Below are positions 22,116 through 34,508 of a stretch of 64,000 bases of DNA, one piece after another. The number at the start of each line of letters is the position of its first letter. Position 1 is the first letter of the stretch. A program made the position numbers and the translations under genes. This DNA comes from an uncultured Nitrososphaerales archaeon (lineage in GTDB: Archaea; Thermoproteota; Nitrososphaeria; Nitrososphaerales; Nitrososphaeraceae), in assembly GCA_963713605.1 (NCBI GenBank), contig CAVQMO010000012.1, forward strand, positions 64,001 through 128,000. The letters run 5' to 3'. The notes under the pieces are model-generated. The model was not told the origin of the DNA. It saw nothing but the letters and a program-made list of their open reading frames with translations, and did not search any database.

Positions 22116-22521
22116 TATTGGCTGCAGCCGACCCTTCTTTTATCATTTACAATTCCATTTTATACACGTTTACGAGACGAGGATTAGGGAAAAAACTGGA
22201 AGAATAATTCTAATACATCTTAAATTTTCGAAGTAGGCTAATAGGCTAGACGATGGAAGTAACTGCGATATCTTAGTTCCGCCGTTATTTCGCCATATTA
22301 TGGAAATTTGCTCGAGTTGAGCTCAAAATGTTGTGATGAGGAAATGATCGCAAGAACTGCATTCATTATCACAAGCGTTCGCTAAAGGGAAGGGAACTAG
22401 GTCTTCTATATTATCCTACAGAAGGTATACGACCAGCCATCTTGTAGCTCATACTATTCCGTGAAACAGTATTATAAAGCGATAGCAAAAACTAGTATGA
22501 GAAAAAAAAGGCGTATTGTTT

Positions 22522-23116
22522 ATGCAATCATTAAATGTTTTAGGTGTCAGCAGTAGCATGCGGGAAGGTTCATTTGGTACTAGGACACTGAAACTAGTAC
22601 TAGAACGCAGCACAGAAATATGGGACCAAGACTCGTCTACTCGAACTCCGAAAAATGAAGATGCCTCTCTTTAATCCTGATTCATCAGCGCAGTCAAGCA
22701 TGGGATTGCAAAAGGTAGCTGATGATGTTAATTGGGCAGACGCATTTGTATTAGTCTCACCTGATTATCACGGCTCAATCTCAGGTGCTTTGAAGAACTT
22801 TTTAGATTATTATTGGGAAGAGTTCGCTGGAAAGACATTTGGGTATATCTGTACATCTCATGAGAAGGGATTAACGGTGATGGATCAGATGAGAACGGCT
22901 GTGCGGCAGTGTTATGGGTGGAGTTTGCCTTACGGAATCTCTGTAAACGGACAGGAAGACTTTAATGAAGTGGGAGAAGTCGTCAATAGCCTATTAGATA
23001 AACGTCTAAGAATGCTTGCCCGTGATTTAGTTGTGTATGGGAAACTAATCAGAGGACAATTTCTTGAAGACCTATCAAGTGACGTGATAGACACCTTTGG
23101 AGCGCGTTATAGATAA
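22522..23116 (+). CDS. NAD(P)H-dependent FMN reductase, frameshifted near 22606
   Basis: Upstream frame VLGVSSSMREGS; ADAFVLVSPDYHGSISGALKNFLD. Confidence 0.88.
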
Positions 23117-23667
23117 CAATTAGTCAAGTTACCATGTCCTACCAGATTAGATTTAGTCTAGGTTCATACACAAACCCTTAGACTTGATTATCGATATATC
23201 TGAAGAGAACAAAGCTCTATTCATAGAAGACGGATATGAGAAGTATATCTATACAAAAAATACTTACAATTCTTACAAGCCTTCAGGTGCCAATTCAAGA
23301 TTATAGTTGACATCATAATATGGTACTTTGATGCTCAACCCTAATGTACTTATAGCCAATAAAATCTCTTGGAAGAAATATGCGACTTAATTTAGGATTG
23401 AAAGGTCACCAACTCTACCTAAGCAAGTTATCCATGACAAATAAATATGAAAGTAAAATACGCTTTAATTTTCACGATAGTCTTAGTCGGGAATACCATT
23501 GATATCGGGTCGTGTTGCCAAACTATGCATATGCTAGATATACAAATACCTAGACACAGTCTAATGCTAACGATTGTGATGTTGGTACCAACTGTGCAGT
23601 AAACAGGCCGCAAACGCAAGGTGACGGGGTCGTCAGTACACCACCACCTTACAAATTTCTAATCCTG

Positions 23668-23865
23668 GGTCCACCAGGACCTCAAGGAACAGCAGGACCA
23701 GCAGGCCCTCAGGGATCGCAAGGCATTCAAGGGCAGCAAGGACCACCTGAACCAGATAAGGAATTGGAAGTGAGATCAGTTGCTGGCAACTCGGTAAATA
23801 TACCCTCAAACGAGAACAACAACAGCAAGATATGACCCTGACGAGATGGTGGCCAGTGGAGGAAT
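23668..23865 (+). pseudogene. Collagen-like protein remnant
   Basis: GPPGPQGTAGPAGPQGSQGIQGQQGPP then PDKELEVRSV and a shifted DPDEMVASGG; no start, stops present. Confidence 0.65.
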
Positions 23866-24084
23866 ACGTGCTGTCGACGGTATAAATGCGGTAAATCCAA
23901 CACACATCTTCCAAGGAATCCCATGATTGACCAAACACCTTTGACGTTATCCACTGCATTATGGTATACGTTACTAGTTCATAAAACCCGCCTTGTAACT
24001 AAATAACTTCTATATAAGGTATTGGCCTACAAATACCCGTCAGTTAATTAACTGGTTGTTGCATATATAGAAAGTACATATATT

Positions 24085-24321
24085 ATGCCAGTAGCATATG
24101 TGTTGGTCACGTGTGAAATCGGCTTTGAAGACAAAGCCATGGAACAAATAGCGAAACTACCATGCGTGGAAGAGGTGAATCGAGTCACAGGCGTCTATGA
24201 CATAGTAGTAAAGCTATCTGGGAGTGATTTGGATCTATTAAGAGAAGTCATCGGGAAGGATATGGTAAAAATTAGGGAGATATCCTTCACACACACGTTA
24301 ATGGCTGACCAAATTGCATGA
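24085..24321 (+). CDS. Stand-alone Lrp/AsnC ligand-binding domain protein
   Basis: AYVLVTCE and VTGVYDIVVK. Confidence 0.88.
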   Translation: MPVAYVLVTCEIGFEDKAMEQIAKLPCVEEVNRVTGVYDIVVKLSGSDLDLLREVIGKDMVKIREISFTHTLMADQIA

Positions 24322-25220
24322 ATGGTGAATGTAATCTTCATCATTGGAAGTTGAATTAGGTTTAAAGCTGTCAACCATTATTTTTATCTGGAAGATGCCC
24401 CCAATCGTCTTCTTAGGTAGATAGCACTCTCAAGGCAAGCGAGGGCCTTCTATCACAACCGGTTTCGAATAATAATGATCTACAAACTCCAGGGTTGACA
24501 ACACTTAGTATAATCTATCTAGAATTCATTTTCTTCGGACAATACGAACACCCTTATGAAAGCCGCTGATCGAACCAATAAGCTAACCATTACAGGATCT
24601 ACATTAGATAACAAGGATTTTTGGTCTCTAACTATTCTACCTAGATCCTGGTTAAGGACCGACTCATATGATTCAACAAATATAGATGGTTAATTTTGAG
24701 CCCATAACACCCTCTCAGAAGAAATTAAGGGAGAATTCTACTCATCTGATAACAAGGCCGCAGGCAGAATTGATCATAGTTCCATCTATAAAAGAAATTA
24801 ACCTTTGTCTTCAAGAAATTGGCCGAGGGGGAGTCCAGGGTAGAAACTGGTCCCTGCGTAAATTTGATTCATAAATGTCCAAAAGCCTCTTGGAAGTTGG
24901 AGTATTCATATAAGCATCCATGCATGAGGGGTTTTCCTCAAGTTCTCTAACACTTCGTCAAACGATGTAAAGATTCGAATACGCCGGGTTGATCTGCAAC
25001 ATAGCAGAGCGAAAGTAACGGATATCTTAATACAAACGAAAATACAAATTCCTATTTCATTTATGCCAATTAATAGCGTTTGTGCTATAACATCTTTCGC
25101 AGCTGATCCATTCAAGAGGCCTAAATGCAAATAATCTCTTTATTTGGAAACTGATAGCGAGTAGGAAATTTCTCTGAGAAAATTCTTAAATTAGACACTA
25201 TACTAAACCGAAGCTAAACT

Positions 25221-26555
25221 TTGTTCAATCTTCTTAAAAACAATAGAGCTGCACGGATCCTGGTTATCATTATCATGATAATAATTCCAAGTTCTATATT
25301 GGCTATTAATTATTTGCCCGCTTTGATTCGATTTTATAATGAACTATCTCAGGCACCTTATCTTCATCAAAGCGATGACAACGACTTAAGAATTGAACTC
25401 TTTACCGATGGCTTAGCCCAACCTACTAGTATGACATTTGTGGATGAAAATACTATTCTGGTCCTGGAAAAGGATACTGGGATGGTTAGAATAGTAAATA
25501 ATGGAACACTTGAAAAAAATCCTGCATTGAGTGTTAGTGTTAGCCCTAAAGGAGAACGTGGCTTACTTGGCATCGATATACTTAAGAGGAGTGTTGGGCT
25601 AACAAAAATTGACGATTATGTCTTTATTTACTTGACAGAGGAAACAAACAAAAATACCGAAGGTGACAGTGCCAGGAATAGAGTCTATAGATATAATTGG
25701 AACGGTACAGATCTTTTTAATCCAGTACTTCTGCTAGATTTGCCCGGAGATCCTGGTCCCTATCACAATGGTGGCAAAATTAAGGTTGGTCCAGACGAAC
25801 AGCTGTATGTAGTAATTGGTGATCTCACTAGCCCTTCTACTGTACTACAGAACCACGTACTTGACAGTGATGCTGCTCCAAATAATACATCAGTCATAAT
25901 ACGCATTAATCCTTTAAATGGAAATCCGTCATCAAGTAATCCGTTCAAAAACCAGAGCCAGGACGATCTCATTAATAGTTCCAATCTGGAGTATTATTAT
26001 GCATACGGAATCAGGAATAGCTTTGGCATATCGTTTGATCCTATTACTGGAAGCCTTTGGGATACGGAAAATGGAGAAGATAAATTTGATGAAACCAATT
26101 TAGTAAAACCTGGATTTAATAGTGGCTGGTATAAGATTATGGGACCATTATCTAGGAACAAAAACTTCAGCGAAAATGATCTAGTAGTGTTAAACAATTC
26201 GCATTATTCTGATCCAAAGTTTAGTTGGGTTAAACCAATCGGCGTTACTGATCTAGAGTTCTACAATTCATCTAAACTTGGGGATAAATACTCAAACAAT
26301 ATTTTCATAGGCGATATCAATGCTGGTGATCTGTATTTTTTCATAATAGATGACAACAGAACTGGAATTAGAATTGATCCCTCACCGTCAGATCACACCG
26401 ATTTAACCGATTCAATTGCTGATCCTCAAGATGATCTATCTCCTGCGCTTTTCGCCAGATTCAGCGGTAGGATCACCGACGTTGAGACTGGCCCAGATGG
26501 CTACGTATACGTCTTAACCTATTCAGATGGACGTATATTTAGAATAGTAAAGTAG
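25221..26555 (+). CDS. PQQ-dependent sugar dehydrogenase (GSDH/soluble aldose dehydrogenase family), membrane anchored
   Basis: GERGLLGI, HNGGKI, YAYGIRNSFG, WDTENG and ETGPDG. Confidence 0.9.
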   Translation: MFNLLKNNRAARILVIIIMIIIPSSILAINYLPALIRFYNELSQAPYLHQSDDNDLRIELFTDGLAQPTSMTFVDENTILVLEKDTGMVRIVNNGTLEKNPALSVSVSPKGERGLLGIDILKRSVGLTKIDDYVFIYLTEETNKNTEGDSARNRVYRYNWNGTDLFNPVLLLDLPGDPGPYHNGGKIKVGPDEQLYVVIGDLTSPSTVLQNHVLDSDAAPNNTSVIIRINPLNGNPSSSNPFKNQSQDDLINSSNLEYYYAYGIRNSFGISFDPITGSLWDTENGEDKFDETNLVKPGFNSGWYKIMGPLSRNKNFSENDLVVLNNSHYSDPKFSWVKPIGVTDLEFYNSSKLGDKYSNNIFIGDINAGDLYFFIIDDNRTGIRIDPSPSDHTDLTDSIADPQDDLSPALFARFSGRITDVETGPDGYVYVLTYSDGRIFRIVK

Positions 26556-26594
26556 CCATATGGGATACTTTATTAGCCTTGTACGAGAGTAATT

Positions 26595-27918
26595 ATGTGC
26601 CGTTTAATGCAAACCATAGTAGACAATTCAGATATAATTTCAAAATACATCGACGCAATGCAGGTAGAGGTTAATCCAACCCCGAATTACAAAGGCCTAA
26701 CTCTTCTCATAGTAACCAAATTATCACGCTACTATAAGGAGAGACCTATTAGAAAAATGAAAAGAGACGATATTATTGTGTATCTTAATAGTATAAGAAA
26801 AACGGAAAAACAAGACCATATGCATAAATGGATTGGGACATATAATTTGTATTTAACATGCATAACTAGATTCTTCAAATGGTTATATTTCCCTAACCAA
26901 AATCCGAATGATAGACGCAGACCAATGTTGTTGATAATATTCCTCAATTAAAAAGGAAGGAAACTTCAACATACAAGCCCTCAGACCTTTGGACTTTAGA
27001 AGACGACCTTCTGTTTTTGAAATGGTGTCCTAACAAGCGGGACCGGTGTTATCATGCAAAATCACGTGACCTTTCAGCACGTCCGAATGAAATACTTGAT
27101 TTAAAAATTAAAGATATTGTACCTAAACACTAAGGAACAAAACAGTACGCAGAAGTATTAGTAAATAGTAAGACCGGCACCAGACACCTTCCATTAATCG
27201 ATTCACTACCCTATTTAAAGGACTGGTTAGACCACCACCCACAACGCACCAATCCTAATGCTTATTTAATCTGTAGTAGCGACCGACGATTTGCAAACAG
27301 AAGACCAGTATCTACTAGAGGCCTATACAAGATTTATATTCGATATCGTGAAGACTTTTTTCCAAACCTACTAAATGATCCAAAGGTTCCAATTAATGAT
27401 AAAAAACAGATTAAAGATCTGTTAGTAAAGCCATGGAATCCTTACATACGAAGACATAGCAGTTTAACGCAGAAAAGCAAGTTCTTGAAGGAGCATATAC
27501 TTCGCCAGCATGCTGGATGGTCTGGGCGCTCACAAATGCATCTTAAGTATATTCATTACTTCGGAAATGAGTCATCTGAATCTATACTTCAAGAATATGG
27601 ATCCTCCCAAAGGACAATGCAGTAGTTGATGTTCTTAAGCCTAAGCAATGCCCTAATTGTAATGAACCAAATAGACCAGACCAGAAGTTCTGTGCCAAAT
27701 GCAGAATGGTATTGACATATAATGGCTACATTGAAACATGGGAATCGGATAAGCGCAAGGAAACTAAGCTAATACAAATGGAAGAAAAGTTTAACTCATT
27801 GCAGTCACAAATGCAGACAATATTATCCATTATGTCATCAGCAAACGCACAGGACTGCCAGCGCTATTCGATCTCATTGTATAACGTGTGCAGGAAGATT
27901 TTCGACTACGTAGTGTAG
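26595..27918 (+). mobile_element. Tyrosine integrase/recombinase with C-terminal zinc ribbon, disrupted
   Basis: HKWIGTYN, YKPSDLW, SARPNEIL, KTG, KPWNPYIRRHS, HAGW, KYIHY and CPNC..CAKC across frames; in-frame TAA at 27131-27133 plus frameshifts. Confidence 0.85.
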
Positions 27919-28166
27919 TTCGTAATATTTGATATACATTTTTTTATTGATTGGCTGACTTACGACTCAGAGGTCTTGTTCGCAAATTGAGAACTATTAG
28001 CAAATCCTGAGGAGATAGTTAGATGTAAAAGTTCAGATCTACAAGAATTATGATAGATGTGAAGTTCTACGGTTCACAGGAGATAGAACTAGTGCAGTGT
28101 CTAAGATTTTACTGAGGAACTACTGAAATTTACTACTGTTTGATCTCCGATTGCATCCATAGATTC

Positions 28167-28831
28167 TCAAAAATAGAAGTAATAGAAAGAACCAGGTAGG
28201 TTAGCACTGGTTATGCTAAGTAAATCATCCTTTCTATAGTCATACACATCTGTATATACAGAATCAATGAAATTAATTATATTCTTTTTTGGTATCTTAG
28301 TTATATTCTTTGAAAGTTTGATCATCAGATACATCTCTTCGACATTACTATCCACCTGTATTGGTAGTAAATAATTAACGCCTTTCAATACTTTTACTCC
28401 TAGCCTGGAATAAAATTGAATTCTCTTCTTCCTTTTCAGCCGTTCGTATGAATCAGACACATCTTTTTTCGGGTACTTCTAATAACATTCCTATATTATC
28501 TGGAAGGAGGCGATTCAGCTCATTATTTGTGAATTCAAATAGTTGTCCACCTACACCTCGCTGAAAGGTTGGTATAACTGCCATATAATCAATTAACGCC
28601 ATTTTTAGATCTTCAAAAATATATAGCAATGAGATGCCTATTATAGAGCTATTTTTTAGGGCAACATAGAGATGATATCTACTATCATTTTTGAGCATGT
28701 CATAGATATGATTTAGGTAGATGTCAAGATGTTTGGCGTTTTCCAATGGGAAAAGTTGAAAGGTAAATGTTACGAAGTCCTTCAAATTCCTTATGAGATA
28801 AATTCTTAAGTTCCTTAATAATCATAATCAT
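28167..28831 (-). CDS. GNAT N-acetyltransferase, frameshifted
   Basis: IDYMAVIPTFQRGVGG, MLLEV and RIQFYSRLG over the ORFs at 28453 and 28167. Confidence 0.75.
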
Positions 28832-28917
28832 AATATATGTATGGATAAATGGTTTTAAGATGATGATACAATCCATGCGTAATCAGAGGATTCTCCCAGG
28901 AAATGTGGGTTAGGCAT

Positions 28918-29223
28918 TCATGGAATAGAAACTCCTACTGCTTTGAGTTGATTCATTACATTTCTTACTTCATCAGTAGAAACTTTATTTATGGTATTAT
29001 TATTTGTATATCGTAGCATTGTATTTATAAGCCCAGAGATCATTTCTGCATCATAAAAAGCAGTTGATTCTGACAATAGTTCTGCCACTTTGGACACATC
29101 GGTATTATTAGTTACCTTTCCACTTATTATTAATCTTCCAAATTTCTGAACCGATTCATACACGCCGATATTATATGCTATAAACGCGATCTTCTCTGGA
29201 GGTAAAATATCGACAGATTCCAT
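28918..29223 (-). CDS. Hypothetical protein
   Basis: 101-aa ORF co-oriented between the methyltransferase and the GNAT. Confidence 0.65.
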   Translation of the reverse strand: MESVDILPPEKIAFIAYNIGVYESVQKFGRLIISGKVTNNTDVSKVAELLSESTAFYDAEMISGLINTMLRYTNNNTINKVSTDEVRNVMNQLKAVGVSIP

Positions 29224-29250
29224 AGTATATCCATTCCAACTAGGTATTAA

Positions 29251-30111
29251 TCATTTTTTACCAACGATAAGTATAGCTTCATTTACGAAACTTACTATTC
29301 CTGTATTCTTGTCTGCATACTTTTCTGCAGCTTCAGTTACTACTTTCAATATTTCTTTTTTTCTTTCACTAGTCTGATTTGCAAGCACTTTTTGTAGTGG
29401 TCCAATAGTTTCACTTGTAAATGTTGTGTAATCCTCGAGTGAATCAAAATCATAGGACACATTCATTCTTTCGATATTAAGATCTTTGAATCCTGAAATC
29501 ATAAATGAATTCTTTAGACTATTTTCGTCAGACAGGCTGAATGGTCCAGGGGATCCTGGTGGAGGTGGAGGTGCATTAGTTTCTTTCATTATGGTATTCA
29601 TTGTCGTGGCACTCAAGGTATCCTGAGCTGGTGAAGCCCAAACAGCAGCTGCAAAGTGACCATCTTCTACTAATGGCCCGTAAATATTAGATAGTCCAGC
29701 CTTGAGATCTGGTAGAAGCATCAATCCCCATCTACAAAGTACAGCATCAAATGCTGAAGATGGTAAGTCAACGGTTTCAATATCTCCCTCTTTAAATTCA
29801 ATTATGTTTTGTAGACCTAATGAAATAGCCCTTTGCTTTGCAACAGATAGCATCTGTGGTGAAATATCTGTGGCTAATACGTGACCACTGCTACCTACTC
29901 TATCTGCGGCGGTTATAGCTGGTTCTCCTATTCCTGTTGCGATATCAAGAACTCTTGAACCTGGTTTAATCTCTGCAAGATCTATTAACCGTATACTAAC
30001 TTTTTCAGCGCCTCTCTCAATTGTCTTCCACCACTTCTGCCAATTATTAGCTACTCTATCCCAATTCTGACGTTGTTCCTCTTTGTATTGTTTTGAATCT
30101 AGGGTTGTCAA
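29251..30111 (-). CDS. Class I SAM-dependent methyltransferase (UbiE-like)
   Basis: VLDIATGIG, TDISPQML and FDAVLCRWGLM. Confidence 0.92.
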   Translation of the reverse strand: MTTLDSKQYKEEQRQNWDRVANNWQKWWKTIERGAEKVSIRLIDLAEIKPGSRVLDIATGIGEPAITAADRVGSSGHVLATDISPQMLSVAKQRAISLGLQNIIEFKEGDIETVDLPSSAFDAVLCRWGLMLLPDLKAGLSNIYGPLVEDGHFAAAVWASPAQDTLSATTMNTIMKETNAPPPPPGSPGPFSLSDENSLKNSFMISGFKDLNIERMNVSYDFDSLEDYTTFTSETIGPLQKVLANQTSERKKEILKVVTEAAEKYADKNTGIVSFVNEAILIVGKK

Positions 30112-30264
30112 TTGATTCTTCTTTAGCTAAGATATGCATGATATAAAAATTATCTTTCGATCAGGTACTAAATAACCAAGGTCGTAGCAATTTAGTTAAA
30201 ATGGGCATAATCAAATAGGTCATTAATATGACTGTTTTTGTAATGGCAATTACAAACCTTATAG

Positions 30265-30444
30265 AATAAGGATTATCTTATAAATCTTCGAAGTTTTCAT
30301 GGAACCAAAATAATTCTCAACTCAGCATACAATGTAGATGATGTGCTCGTAAAAGAGTTAGAAAATGGTAATTATATATCAGAATACTTGCAAAAACCAT
30401 TCGAGACAAATCGCTTAACTGATCTAGTAGCTGAGATCGTTTGA
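30265..30444 (+). pseudogene. C-terminal fragment of a response-regulator receiver domain
   Basis: TKIILNSAY..YLQKPF..LTDLV; the N-terminal half with the phosphoacceptor Asp is missing. Confidence 0.55.
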
Positions 30445-31132
30445 CAACACACGCGCGACTATGATGTCTTGACAGACGGCCAGTGATTTAAGATTAACGA
30501 TTAACTTAGTCTCAGGTATCGCTATTCACATTATAGCCTAATGGGAATGGGAACGATTCAAATGCGCCATCTAGCTATCTGAGTGCTATTCTCGACGTAA
30601 ACCTGCCTGCTTTTGGAGATATTCCAGTAATTCTTTATCATCGTCTTTATGTTCTATTCGCAAATAATGTTTCATTCCATTTAGTAAATCATTACTCTTT
30701 TCAGAATAAATTGAATCATTATTTTTAGAATCATTTACCATAATAATAATTTACATTTATCGTATAAAAGACTTTGAATGTTTGCTCTAAATAGATCTAA
30801 TCGAACTTTGGGACATGACTATGTTCTAAGAAATCTACTAACTGCTCATAGCTCTCTAACTCAAGATATTTCATTAGGCATTCGATAGTATTGTCGTCGT
30901 ATTCAGAATTCTTGTACTTTTGTTTGCTAAGCGTTACTTGAATATGCTCGGTTTTTTCATCCACGTTAGTATTACTTAGTACCTATTAGGACAGTGGTGT
31001 ATATAATACTTTATGAACTATATTTTGAAGAAGCTAAGAGAAATAAGTATATCTTTACCATTATACCAAGAATATTGGAATTCTGTTATTTATTAAACGT
31101 ATTTTACAGTGAAATTGGAGCTAATGGGTAGA

Positions 31133-31318
31133 CTATGTTATATGATGCTTTTTAGCACAATCTTTATGATAATAACTTGGTCTGCCGCTGCTTATAACGA
31201 CATGATATTTAGTGATTGGTTGTTTATATGAAATACAACGCCCATTCTGCTTTAATTCAACCATCTTGATTATGCGAGTTATTCTCTCACGGGGATAGAT
31301 GGTTAACGGCAGAACCAA
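31133..31318 (-). CDS. Small putative zinc-binding protein
   Basis: CISYKQPI..YYHKDC, resembling a degenerate CxxC..HxxC. Confidence 0.4.
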   Translation of the reverse strand: MVLPLTIYPRERITRIIKMVELKQNGRCISYKQPITKYHVVISSGRPSYYHKDCAKKHHIT

Positions 31319-31701
31319 TTATCTGAGACTAAGAAATTAGAAGCAAATGAGATTTGTCATTAAATATCGTAGATCAAGCACATAACATTTCTTAAGCTTG
31401 ACAAATTATTGAATTATTCTACACGATCATTTAGATCTTAAAAAGAAAAATGAAGTGGGCTTAGCGTCAGTGTTCCGAATTCAATATTCCAGAAGCAGAT
31501 AACGTGTCAACGACTTTTTTCACTATGGTTTTCACTATTGCCTCGTCATCTTCATCAAATGTGCTCTGTCCATCATCGCCGCCGTTCGAATCAACGGTGT
31601 CGATAGACTCTTGTCCGTCTTGAACTCTTCAGTTCTTTTTCTTGTGATATTCATTATGCTAACACTCTCTGGATTTTGTTACTCTTTAACTAGTAACGGC
31701 T

Positions 31702-31821
31702 TCATTGATAAGACATAACCAGTTTTACTACTGGAACGTGCTCCTCACAATATTCGTAACCAAGATTATATTTGTAATTGCAAATAGGACAGATCTTTAT
31801 CTTACTCTTATTCTTATCCAT
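31702..31821 (-). CDS. 39-aa zinc-ribbon microprotein (below the ORF-track cutoff)
   Basis: MDKNKSKIKICPICNYKYNLGYEYCEEH; TATA-like TTTTATT upstream. Confidence 0.6.
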   Translation of the reverse strand: MDKNKSKIKICPICNYKYNLGYEYCEEHVPVVKLVMSYQ

Positions 31822-33144
31822 ATGAGTTAGTTAGTCTTGTGAATAAAAGGTATTCCGGAACTTGGTTCAGTTTAAAGGTAGGACGACCATAGCGGGTTGG
31901 TGACACAGGAACTAGAGGAGGGTAAACTTCTACTGGAACCTATCTATGTAGTAGGACTAAACCGTCAGTGTCGTTAGGATAACAGAAAGATTGACCTTCT
32001 TTCGGGTACTTTGACTCCAACAATTGCGTCCCTACAACTTGGGCAAATCTGATAGTAAACGTACATTTGTTTATTGTCCCTGTTCAAGCCTATCGGAAAA
32101 TTCCACATTTGAGGGTGAAAACTGGTCTTACAATTTGGACATTCCATGGAAGTACATATAGCAAATCACATATATAATCCATAAAGCGCACATAATCACA
32201 GTTTAGTCAATAACCTGACAGAAGGTAGGCGACCATTATAGAATAGTGCCGGATTTTGCTATCAGTTTGTATTATCGTTATTCAAAACTAAAAGTTTTTC
32301 GGTACAATAAAAAGGTAGAACAACCAGGAGGTTGACCAGACATCTGATTGCTTACCTTGTATCCTTTGCGCGACATATTATAAAAAACAGACAATTAGAA
32401 AAGGTAGCGCGCGGCCGAGAATTTGTCCAATTGAAAGGAAAGGACTGGCCGCCACTACCAAACCATGCCGATTTACGATATGCTCACATTTCATATTATA
32501 TTATTATATAATAGGCATTACGGAACTTGGTTATTTGGTATTCCAAATGACATACTGATGGTGGATTGTAAAATTTGAGTGAAAAGAAGGTGATCAATAG
32601 ACTACATGTCAGACGCATTGATTGCATACTGCCAGTTGGTTCCTTAAGAGTGATTTAAAGGCCTCAACTACCAGCGACTATTTGCACAACAAAGTGTAAA
32701 AGTAGATAGAGAAGGACTGCCTACGTACAAGAATTTAGGAAAGTTGTAGGTGCTCCTTCTCCCTTCTTAGTGACTGCTTGTATTTAATAATACTTGATTA
32801 ACTTCGTAAAGTGACAAATTATTGAAAGCACCAACATTAGAGTGATGTTGCAGTACTAATAAAGTATAATTCGAGCAAATAATCGGAAACTGTATCCGAT
32901 AAAACATCTCCTTGTCAATGGAATCAATTGACAGTGTAAAAAGAGGACTAAGTATCCTTTCTAGATACTAACGCACACATTGCCCGCAGTTAAAATAATG
33001 AAAATAACTCATAAAAAGACAGACATTATGAAATTGCTTCTTTTAAGTAACCAAAACAACGTAGGCCCTAAGTACGAAGAAGTTTATATTCACAAGCCAA
33101 CATAATAGTGTCCGCAATATGTTGCCACATTCTGTAAATTAGAC

Positions 33145-33675
33145 CTACCCATGGAGGTGTCGGATTGTACTTGCTTGTACTTTGATCGATTGTGGTTCTT
33201 CTTCTTGTTGTTGTCTTGGATGCTTTTCACTTGTCAGTTGGGGGTATATTGCTTTTGCAACCATATTCTTTATTTTAGAATCATCTATCAATGTATCAAC
33301 TAATTTAGAGAATTCTTCCTCTGGTATCACGCCTACTGGATTTGACATCTGGATAGATTCTATTGCCTTGAGTTTCCAGTGGTAACTAAGTACTTTGGAT
33401 GTCGTGATATGAATATCGTATATCATCTTACCCAATAGAGTTAGAGAATATCGGCCATTTTGTCTTCGTATCAGACCAGTTTCTGTTAGCCTTGTTATTC
33501 TAGAGTAGTATTGTCTTGTTGTGAGTCCCAACTTTCGAATTTGAATTTGATGACTATTACTACCACCATTGTCGACATCTGCAGTAATTGCGATAGTATT
33601 GAACAAAACTAATGCTTTGTTGTCAGATAACGCTCCGAAAATATCTTCTATTGATACATTACTTTCCTTTTTCAA
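33145..33675 (-). CDS. Winged-helix regulator, short paralogue of 10711-11940
   Basis: LSD, LTTRQYYSRITRLTETGLI, LLGKMIY and YHWKLKAIESI match the N-terminal half of the longer regulator. Confidence 0.75.
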   Translation of the reverse strand: MKKESNVSIEDIFGALSDNKALVLFNTIAITADVDNGGSNSHQIQIRKLGLTTRQYYSRITRLTETGLIRRQNGRYSLTLLGKMIYDIHITTSKVLSYHWKLKAIESIQMSNPVGVIPEEEFSKLVDTLIDDSKIKNMVAKAIYPQLTSEKHPRQQQEEEPQSIKVQASTIRHLHG

Positions 33676-34508
33676 TTCTTGTACACAGATACTTACATCT
33701 GCATTGCTTATCTTCCTTGATGATCTCGCTCAATTGATACCGTTAATCAACTATTTTATACAAGTTATATTTTTTTCAGAAATGGTGGTTTACATATAAA
33801 ACTTTTATAATAATTCATCCAAAAATGCTGATTTTGTATAAACTAGGTTCAAAGTTTTATATTCATGAATTAACCCTATTGAGAGTTGAGGATTCATGCC
33901 TTCTATCGCATCTGCACTCAATTTTAACCCTACCAATCTTTATTATCAGTTTAAATCCACAAATATAAAAGGCTATATTTGAGTTTTCAAACTAATTTCA
34001 CTTTTTTTGGGTAGTCGTCCGCCAATTTAACACCTTAGACCGACTAAGGACTGGCCAGCCAAATCAAATGCATCAGGGGTAGTATTTCGATGCGCCCAGT
34101 TGTAAAGTGTTTTCATTTATACATAATCTTTCAACTTTTCCTTTGCTAGGGTCCACGTTTACTTGGTTTGGGTCCTTGTTTCCGTGCCACCTTTCAGTTT
34201 ATGTTAGTTATTACGTTGATTTCCGACGCCTGTCTTTATATTTTCCAGCATTGAATCCAGTAACTTATAGTCAATTTCCTTCCTCTTTCCTTTAGATACT
34301 ACCGCCTGACGTGACATTTGCCATTTAATGCCGTATAATTAGATATTATGAATAGTCAACATAATGAAACTATGTGATGAAATAAAGGTTAGGTTAGGCA
34401 TGCGTGTAATGAGGGTATCGATATCTACCTGCTGAATGTTCTACTTGTGTGAGAGTAGTCCAGTTACGGAAATTTCATGATAAACTAAAACCCTGTTTAT
34501 AATTTTTT

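Noticed and set aside
32405..32470. tRNA-like 3' end on the minus strand (caaattctcggccgcgcgcta)
   Set aside because: No cloverleaf, matching acceptor 5' strand or proper T-loop could be built
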